Below are positions 54,380 through 64,000 of a DNA stretch of 64,000 nt, piece by piece. A program made the position numbers and the translations under genes. Numbering within the stretch: position 1 is the first letter of the stretch; the number at the start of each line of letters is the position of its first letter. The DNA is from Proteromonas lacertae (taxonomy: Eukaryota). The notes beneath the pieces are model-generated. The model saw only the letters and a list, made by a program, of their open reading frames with translations, did no database searches and was not told the DNA's origin. The DNA lies in contig NGBS01000888.1 in NCBI GenBank assembly GCA_002245135.1, forward strand, positions 1-64,000. The letters are read 5' to 3'.

Positions 54380-56907
54380 TTATTTATATTTCTATTCTTA
54401 TCACTACATTTTTTAAATATTCTAAAAATCTTGTCAGCATATATTCAAACTATAAAAATCAATTTTATTCATCTTTCAATGGCTCATTTCTATCTAACTT
54501 CATCAAACAATACTTTAAACACTCACTATCTAACAAGTTTCAAAACTTTGTAAAGTACATTCAATATCATATCTATATTAGTTTTCTAATATACAACCAT
54601 TTTCTATTATACACAGTCAACTAGTTCAAATACTACTTTATACTTACATCAAGTAATTATTCTTTTATTCATATCTATTTCGTTCCACCAACCATTGTAA
54701 AATAATCATACCACATACTGATACACATATTATATTAATAACATATAAATTTGAAAAAAGAATCAAGCTTTCAAAATTAGTAATTCGAGCTATTTTTGTA
54801 TTTCTGTTTTTTATGAGTTTAAATGATGGAATAACGAATATAAGATGTGAAAAAACAAATTCAATACAACAAGAAAGAAATATAAGATTAATAATAAAGC
54901 TCAACAAATCTATAACAATTGTATTCCTAGTTTCTTTTTCTTTCTATCTTCTATTTCTGCATCAGACAATAATTTAAATATGTAAATCATTCCATTATAT
55001 GTTCCGACTAATATACTCAAGTCGATTTCGTCAAATTGTATAGTTGCTGGTTTTATTAAACTAAATCGATCATCTAAATCTGCTGAATCATTATTATTAA
55101 AAACGTCTTCCCAACATAATATATCGAGAGTAGCTGCCTCTAAAGATATTATGTGTGGTTTACCTTGTAGCATGTATATATATAGGATACCTTCCTTTTC
55201 TACTACATATTTTTGTTCAACAATAAAGTCGATTCTTAATTCACATCTCCTTCTTCCTGTTAAATCATATACGCAAATTCTATGCTTAGGTAAAAAGAAA
55301 ATTATTTTGCTCATATCTCTATCTATGATTATAAATCTACCTTCCCCATTAGTATCGTTTAATACTACTTTTTTTTTCTCATCATATTTGAAACGAATTG
55401 TGATATTATTATTTTTAGTAGCGTAAATAATTGTATCATGCATTATATCGATCAATTCTATCTCTCTATGATTAGTAATAGGAAGATTAAAAGTTGTTGT
55501 AATACTCTTCTTTACATCATATACTCTACATACTCCTTTTCTGCTTGCAAATAATAATAAATTATTTCTATCATCTATTTTTACATAGTCTATATGACCA
55601 AATCCAAAAAAATTTATCATTTCATAATTTCTAATATCATACACATTTATTACACCATTCTCACTTGTAATCATATATTTATTTGAACATAAGAATGGGC
55701 TGTAAGAAGTAAATGATTTATCAGTTGGTACTATATATTCCATATCAATTATGCTAACATCAGTTGACTTGTTTTTCTTTATTATGTAGTTGTGCTTTTC
55801 ATCGAAATATATATCATCAACCATTTCATCTTCTTCTGTTTCTAGGAGACACTTAAAAGTCCAGCAGTCTTTAAATTATAATTATAAATATATCAGTACT
55901 TCTTTTGTATATTGATACATAGTCTAATCTACTTTTAACTAAGTTATATTCTGCGGTTTGAAGAATTTGACTAACATCTGTAGGAATAAGATAACGTAGT
56001 TCATCATTTCTGGTTTCTCTACCACGAATAGTGTCAACTTTTGCCTTTTGGAATTAAATTAATAAGAGTACTACACATATAAAATGATCAGCTCTGAGTT
56101 TGTATTTAATCAACTCTTCAGGATGTGTAACTATGTTGCACATTAATCTTAATTGAGGACAAAGGAAATTCATCTTAAAATCAAAAGAAGAAAAAAGTGA
56201 TAAATATTTCTATTCTATTATGCAAATACATCACTATGAGAATTTTCTAAGTGCTTTTTTTGTTTTTTTTGTTATTTATCTCAGCAACTAAAAGGAATTA
56301 GAAAATAAAAATTTCACAAATTGTGACTAATGTTATAAGGTCTATGAAAATATACTTAGTTACTATATTACCTAATTTAGGTAATTTTTTCATTTTTCAG
56401 TTTATTTAAATTAATTTTCTAGATATTACTAAATTACATCATATATTTTTGATTTTACTAATTATTAACTCAAAATTCTGTTTTTATCACTCAAAAAATG
56501 AATTTAAAAAAACAAAAAAGTTCGTGAGATTTGAGTCAAAATTGGACATTTTTGAGCTTTTCAGCCGAAGGAGGAATCATATTTAAACGGCTTTATAATA
56601 TTTTCCGGGAAATGGGATTTGCAAATTTTTAGTATGCTTACTTTTTGAATAGGAGGTGAATGGTATTTGAGTGGTAATTCCATATTTTCGTAATTTTATT
56701 GGATTACAATATAATATATCAGGTATCTATTTTGTAGTAATAATATTTTTAACTAATTCACTCTAATTATGGAGATATTCCGAATAGTACATAGAATCAA
56801 TAGGTGGTGTATATGGTTGTATAATATTATATAAACACAATAAATATATATAAAATACTTAAAATTACTTCTACAGTACTTTAATTCACTTCATTCTCTT
56901 CTCTTCT
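54380..56907. repeat. Left arm of a 2,528-bp inverted repeat
   Basis: Reverse complement of 57844-60371 (paired coordinates sum to 114,751). I noticed one mismatch, at 54403/60348. Confidence 0.95.
54910..56173 (-). CDS. WD40/beta-propeller-like protein, copy 1
   Basis: 304-aa ORF with repeated GVINVYDIR, GVCRVYDVK, RICVYDLTG and VGTYNGMIYIF, plus probable upstream short exons. The start is uncertain. Confidence 0.7.
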
Positions 56908-57136
56908 TTTATCCACATTCACTAGTTAGAAAGTAATTAGAGATATAGTAATTGTAACATGGAACGCTAACCCTAACACCATGTAATATATAACAACAAA
57001 AAACTATTTATGATTAACAGAATAATGTATGAGTAGTTTGTTTCATATATGTTTTTAGACCACAATCTGCAGCCCGCTACAAACTGGTGTCTATATTCCT
57101 GGCTGTATAATTTTAAGCTCAACTTTTGTTAGTCAA

Positions 57137-57870
57137 ATGGGAAATGGAGTATTTGAAGTTGTTTTGGAAAGTGAAGATATTAACTGTAGCAAATTGTAAA
57201 CAAGCAATTCAAGAAGTATTAATATTAAGAAGACTTATCCATTCCAATTTCCTTCATTATTACAACACTTTTGTAGAACAAAGAGTATATATATTTTAGT
57301 TTTTATGTAGAGGTTAAATATTGCAATGGAATGTATAGCAAATGGTGATTTAGATCAACTGATAGCATATAAGAAACAAAGAAAAGTATATCATCATATC
57401 ACATTATGTATAGAGATTTAAAACCTTCTAACATATTTCTAGATGAGAAAAACAACCCTAAAATTGGTGATTTAGTAACTTCAGAGACACTACGAAGTGA
57501 GAAATATAGTTATCCAGTGGATATTTGGTCATTAGGAGTAGTATTATATTGTATGATGAAATTTAACTTACCTTTTCTATCAAATAATACAAAGAAATAG
57601 AATATTTAATTAGTATATTATATTATATTGTTAATAGAGTATAAAGAAATAAAGGAATTACCATCTTGTTATAGTAATAATTTAAGAAGATGTGTAAATG
57701 GAATGTTAAAGAAAAATCAGTATGATAGATATAATGTGAATGATATAAAGCTATGTTATTCAGATCAGATTAAGGAACTATTTAATGATTCTTATAACAG
57801 TAACAATCAGTATTTAAAGGATACTATCAGTATAGAAGAGAAGAGAAGAGAAGAGAATGAAGTGAATTAA
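57137..57870 (+). pseudogene. Degenerate NEK-like Ser/Thr kinase in the inverted-repeat spacer
   Basis: Fragments LNIAMEC..GDL, YRDLKPSNIFLD..KIGDL and YSYPVDIWSLGVVLY..LPF. The activation segment is deleted and there are in-frame stops. Confidence 0.75.
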
Positions 57871-60371
57871 AGTACTGTAGAAGTAATTTTAAGTATTTTA
57901 TATATATTTATTGTGTTTATATAATATTATACAACCATATACACCACCTATTGATTCTATGTACTATTCGGAATATCTCCATAATTAGAGTGAATTAGTT
58001 AAAAATATTATTACTACAAAATAGATACCTGATATATTATATTGTAATCCAATAAAATTACGAAAATATGGAATTACCACTCAAATACCATTCACCTCCT
58101 ATTCAAAAAGTAAGCATACTAAAAATTTGCAAATCCCATTTCCCGGAAAATATTATAAAGCCGTTTAAATATGATTCCTCCTTCGGCTGAAAAGCTCAAA
58201 AATGTCCAATTTTGACTCAAATCTCACGAACTTTTTTGTTTTTTTAAATTCATTTTTTGAGTGATAAAAACAGAATTTTGAGTTAATAATTAGTAAAATC
58301 AAAAATATATGATGTAATTTAGTAATATCTAGAAAATTAATTTAAATAAACTGAAAAATGAAAAAATTACCTAAATTAGGTAATATAGTAACTAAGTATA
58401 TTTTCATAGACCTTATAACATTAGTCACAATTTGTGAAATTTTTATTTTCTAATTCCTTTTAGTTGCTGAGATAAATAACAAAAAAAACAAAAAAAGCAC
58501 TTAGAAAATTCTCATAGTGATGTATTTGCATAATAGAATAGAAATATTTATCACTTTTTTCTTCTTTTGATTTTAAGATGAATTTCCTTTGTCCTCAATT
58601 AAGATTAATGTGCAACATAGTTACACATCCTGAAGAGTTGATTAAATACAAACTCAGAGCTGATCATTTTATATGTGTAGTACTCTTATTAATTTAATTC
58701 CAAAAGGCAAAAGTTGACACTATTCGTGGTAGAGAAACCAGAAATGATGAACTACGTTATCTTATTCCTACAGATGTTAGTCAAATTCTTCAAACCGCAG
58801 AATATAACTTAGTTAAAAGTAGATTAGACTATGTATCAATATACAAAAGAAGTACTGATATATTTATAATTATAATTTAAAGACTGCTGGACTTTTAAGT
58901 GTCTCCTAGAAACAGAAGAAGATGAAATGGTTGATGATATATATTTCGATGAAAAGCACAACTACATAATAAAGAAAAACAAGTCAACTGATGTTAGCAT
59001 AATTGATATGGAATATATAGTACCAACTGATAAATCATTTACTTCTTACAGCCCATTCTTATGTTCAAATAAATATATGATTACAAGTGAGAATGGTGTA
59101 ATAAATGTGTATGATATTAGAAATTATGAAATGATAAATTTTTTTGGATTTGGTCATATAGACTATGTAAAAATAGATGATAGAAATAATTTATTATTAT
59201 TTGCAAGCAGAAAAGGAGTATGTAGAGTATATGATGTAAAGAAGAGTATTACAACAACTTTTAATCTTCCTATTACTAATCATAGAGAGATAGAATTGAT
59301 CGATATAATGCATGATACAATTATTTACGCTACTAAAAATAATAATATCACAATTCGTTTCAAATATGATGAGAAAAAAAAAGTAGTATTAAACGATACT
59401 AATGGGGAAGGTAGATTTATAATCATAGATAGAGATATGAGCAAAATAATTTTCTTTTTACCTAAGCATAGAATTTGCGTATATGATTTAACAGGAAGAA
59501 GGAGATGTGAATTAAGAATCGACTTTATTGTTGAACAAAAATATGTAGTAGAAAAGGAAGGTATCCTATATATATACATGCTACAAGGTAAACCACACAT
59601 AATATCTTTAGAGGCAGCTACTCTCGATATATTATGTTGGGAAGACGTTTTTAATAATAATGATTCAGCAGATTTAGATGATCGATTTAGTTTAATAAAA
59701 CCAGCAACTATACAATTTGACGAAATCGACTTGAGTATATTAGTCGGAACATATAATGGAATGATTTACATATTTAAATTATTGTCTGATGCAGAAATAG
59801 AAGATAGAAAGAAAAAGAAACTAGGAATACAATTGTTATAGATTTGTTGAGCTTTATTATTAATCTTATATTTCTTTCTTGTTGTATTGAATTTGTTTTT
59901 TCACATCTTATATTCGTTATTCCATCATTTAAACTCATAAAAAACAGAAATACAAAAATAGCTCGAATTACTAATTTTGAAAGCTTGATTCTTTTTTCAA
60001 ATTTATATGTTATTAATATAATATGTGTATCAGTATGTGGTATGATTATTTTACAATGGTTGGTGGAACGAAATAGATATGAATAAAAGAATAATTACTT
60101 GATGTAAGTATAAAGTAGTATTTGAACTAGTTGACTGTGTATAATAGAAAATGGTTGTATATTAGAAAACTAATATAGATATGATATTGAATGTACTTTA
60201 CAAAGTTTTGAAACTTGTTAGATAGTGAGTGTTTAAAGTATTGTTTGATGAAGTTAGATAGAAATGAGCCATTGAAAGATGAATAAAATTGATTTTTATA
60301 GTTTGAATATATGCTGACAAGATTTTTAGAATATTTAAAAAATGTAGCGATAAGAATAGAAATATAAATAA
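57844..60371. repeat. Right arm of the 2,528-bp inverted repeat
   Basis: Mirror of 54380-56907. Confidence 0.95.
58578..59841 (+). CDS. WD40/beta-propeller-like protein, copy 2 (identical ORF)
   Basis: Same 304-aa ORF as 54910-55824. Intron 58852-58882 links upstream coding sequence. The start is uncertain. Confidence 0.7.
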
Positions 60372-60386
60372 TAAAAAAAGGAAATG

Positions 60387-63300
60387 TTATTCATTATTCA
60401 ACATTAAGTTTTCTATTGCTGAAAATGTTTCTAAAAATGATTCCATTTCTGATTTATCTATATTTTCTTTCACCGTTATTGACATTTTTTTAATGTAATC
60501 AAATATTTCTTGATTTTCTTCCATTAGTCTTAAATCATTTTCATCCAATTCATTTCCTGAGAGATTTAAATTTCTTAGTGGATGATAATCTCTTAATCTT
60601 TCTATTAGCATTTTTAATCCTTTTTCGTTCATTCCAATATCTATTCATATTATAAAATTATACAATATTCGTATTAATACTTGATAGATTTAATGATATT
60701 AGTCTATCATAATCATATTTTTCAACAAATTTATCTAAATATTTACATATTATTTCTATTCCTTCATCTCCAATTTCATTGTTATTATGTATTGATATAT
60801 ATCTATTTGAATAATTTACTGAACAATTCACTAATTCTTTTAATCCTTTCGAAGTAATTCTATTATTGGATAAATCAAGTTTGTAATAATTATTAATCTG
60901 TTTAATTAAAGAAATGTGAGAATCATTGATATTCAAATCTATATCATTATAAGTATAGATTTTATACTTGACAAATCATATTTTGAAAAATGATTATCTC
61001 TCTTCTTTTTCATACAATATTTTAAATAATAATCTAATTCTTCATTTGTCCATGAAAGATATTTCATTTGAATAAATGCATACTTTTTACTTTCTAATGA
61101 TTTTTCACAAAGCGTTTTCAATCCATTCATATGTATTTCATTTTCATTTAGATTTATTATGTCACAATGATTAATTAAATCCATATTATTTGTTAATAAT
61201 AATACACTTTCATCATCTATTAATATATTACTCAAATCCATTTCAAATTGCATTGTAATGTTATTATGGCATACTAACATATTCAAATTGTCTTGTAATA
61301 TTATAATACCAGCGTTACTAATTGGGTTACCTATTAAACAATATATAATATATAAAAAACATTTAAATAATCATACTATGAATCAAGAATTTATAAATAT
61401 TATAATTTTCTCTCAAATAATTCATCAAATATTCTATTCCAGTCGAATCTATATTATTACCACTTATATCAACTGTTATTTTATCATGAATATTCTTTAA
61501 ATAATTTAATAAGTATTTTAATCCAACTGAGGATAATCCCATTTCTATTACATATTAAATGTTATTATTCATACTTGAACAATTCATTCTATTGTTATAC
61601 TCAACACAATGTAATAATAAATGTATATGTGGAGATAATATTTTCATTCCCTCATCTCCTATTTCATTTCCATGCAGTGCAACTTTTTTGAGGTTTGAAA
61701 ATGAAGATAAATTGTTGATTAATATCTTGATACTTTCATGTTTCAGTTTATTATCTTAATAATAAAAAAATATCAAAATATACCACTCAAATTTAATGTT
61801 TCTATTTCTTCTAATTCATTTGATCTCAACGTTATGAATGATTTGAATATTTTATCATTAATTTCACAATTATTCAGAAGTAATTCACCATTATTATCAT
61901 CTTGGATAGATTTAATCAGTTCTGGTATATCTTTATCTATCAGTAGTTCTTTACTTCTATTTAAATCAAATTTGATTCTTGATATGGGAAATCTGGCAAA
62001 TAGAGCTTTTATTCCTTTGTAATGAATACTATTACTTCTAATATCTATTCTTTTAAGATTCGTAAACTTACATAATTCTTCTGATAATAATATCATTGAT
62101 TCATCATTTAAATTCATTTCTTTAAGATACAACAGATCATCTTTGTTGATTAATAAATGCATATGTGGAAGCAATAATTTGAATCCTTTTAAACCAACTG
62201 GGTTACCTAATTCAATATAAACATTAAACAGAAACAATAAATACAAGTAATGTTAACATATTTTAATTTCATAAAAAATGGATTTGTTTTAATCAATGAT
62301 TTAATGAAATGAGAACTAACACTACATCTTGATAATTCTAATTCCTGTAGATTCGGTAATTGAGAAAATAAGGATAGAAATGATAATTGATATTGGATTG
62401 GAATTGTAAAATTATCTATATTAATAAAACTATTAAAATTATACTGCATTTAAGTTTTGTAGGATTTATAAGCTTCAATATTCGGAGGAAAAAATTCCTT
62501 TTTTCTTCACATAAACACATATTCCATGATTTAATTAGAATTTTTTCATTTTCTTTTTCACAAAATATTAAAATCATTTCATCTAAATAACACTTTTCAC
62601 ATTTTTCACATTCATGATGAATATGATACTCCATCATGCCTATTCTTGCATCTTCATTGCACAATCTCATCATTACTATTACAGATAGTATTCTTTCATT
62701 TGGCTCATTATTGTTGTAATTTTTTATCAATTCGTATAGATGTTCTATTAATATTATTATATTTTATTTATACTTTTCCATTTGTCACTTTTCACATAAT
62801 ATTTTGTTTGACATATAATATATGGTGAAATTTCTATGAAATAATCATTATTATATAATATTACTTTTCTATCTTCACATATCATTAAATTATTATTCTC
62901 ATCTCTCATCATTTCGCTCATTTTCATCATTTCTTCTCTCAGCTCTTTTAAACTCAATCTATCCTCACTTTTCCCTTTTAACATTCTTTCTATCACCTCT
63001 TTCATCCACTCATCACATTCTACATCAATACTGTATTTACATCTCGCAATATTCTCTTTTGTTTTACTAATATTATCATCTTCAGAAAATGGTAATTTCT
63101 TGTTTATTATTTCATATAATATACATCCAACTGACCAAATCACACTTTTCTCTTTGCATTCTAATCCATTCAATTCTTCTGGGCTTTTAAAACACATATC
63201 ATATAATCTCATTTCCTCTTCTTTTCTCAATAGATCTAGGAACAAATCACATAACTTTACATCATTATCTCTTTCATATATTATATTACTACTCTTCAAA

Positions 63301-63716
63301 TTACTTATTTTTATATCATATTCACTCAATATTATCAATATATCACATATACTACATATCATATAAACAATTTCAGCATTTGAAAGAACTTTACTTCGAA
63401 TAATCTCTTCCATATCTTGAAAGTAATATTTTCTTTCTAATAGCAGCATACTACCCCCGATTAAGTGTATTTTAGATGGTATGATCATAGATAAACAACA
63501 ATCTAACAGCAATGAGATATTTTCTATCTTTTTCAATACTTTTCTCTCATTCATTTCATCAATATTTATCACCTTCAGCATTTTCTTTTCATTCTCTTTT
63601 TCTACGAAGAAATTTAACTCATTTTTACTCTTTTCTCTTCGTTTAATTATCTATTATATAAACATTATACTAGATACTTTCAAATTTGGTATATTACATG
63701 TTACGAATTTGTCCAT
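60387..63716 (-). CDS. Pseudokinase + RI-like LRR protein, copy B
   Basis: ATG 63716 and a 27-nt intron (63651-63677) at the same position as in copy A. ISNLKSSNI, CDLF, KSPEE and IWSVGC. LRR exons are paralogous to 39418-41171. Confidence 0.8.
60409..60775. repeat. Direct repeat, partner 53659-54025
   Basis: Near-identical at an offset of 6,750 bp. Confidence 0.9.
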
Positions 63717-64000
63717 ATCATGTATTTGAGAAGAAAATATCATTCTTGAAAATTTAGTCGTTTCTATGGAATGTTCTATTCTTCTTTTTTTATTTTATTA
63801 CCCATTTTCTATATTAATTCAACATCCATCATGTTTCAACACTCTTATATTATACTGTTGATGTAATTTCACTTTAACTATGTGATAACTCATTTCTTCT
63901 AATAATTTGATATGCAGTTAGTGCATCACTTTAAATACTAGCGCATTATTGATATATCAATTTAATTGCTTAGAAAATAAGAAAAATAATTTTGTTTCAA

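Noticed and set aside
54665..54907. 80-aa hydrophobic ORF (duplicated at 59844-60086)
   Set aside because: TTG start directly after the upstream stop and no recognisable motif; most likely 3' flanking sequence.
56601..56613. TTCCGGGAA STAT-like palindrome (mirrored at ~58140)
   Set aside because: It is a single short motif duplicated only through the inverted repeat, and there is no evidence of a cognate factor.
56967..56978. CTAACCCTAAC telomere-like sequence in the inverted-repeat spacer
   Set aside because: Fewer than two repeat units; compatible with chance.
54380..60371. Inverted repeat as a DNA transposon with long TIRs
   Set aside because: No transposase, integrase or short target-site duplication was seen, and the arms carry an ordinary cellular-type gene.

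Overview
AT-rich, gene-dense eukaryotic nuclear DNA with very short spliceosomal introns (mostly 22-40 nt GT-AG, plus U12-type AT-AC introns). Tiny introns, minor introns, putative-Ig/PA14 surface proteins and the tubulin and Sec61 sequences suggest a stramenopile, most likely a low-GC Blastocystis or a relative; this is inference, not a database result. The window has three parts. (1) 1-34368: two head-to-head copies of a giant (~4,400 aa reconstructed) polycystin-1-like/GPS surface receptor form a >10 kb inverted duplication. The copies are nearly identical except for two discrete variable segments, and the receptor's membrane region appears to contain a whole tetraspanin module plus an IQ motif. 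Between the copies are a HAD hydrolase, two membrane proteins and a ~2,027 aa modular surface protein whose six introns are all phase 1. (2) 34420-53613: housekeeping genes (mitochondrial mL54, Rab3GAP1, Sec61 alpha with an intron-split ATG, IWS1, a CDK, a KIF12-like kinesin, a divergent beta/alpha tubulin pair), plus a pseudokinase-LRR gene and a tandem-pseudokinase-SPRY gene. (3) 53619-63716: a 2.5 kb inverted repeat around a kinase pseudogene, flanked by direct repeats from a second pseudokinase-LRR gene. Several single-base frameshifts in homopolymers look like sequencing or assembly errors. Exon models were read by eye and have no transcript support.
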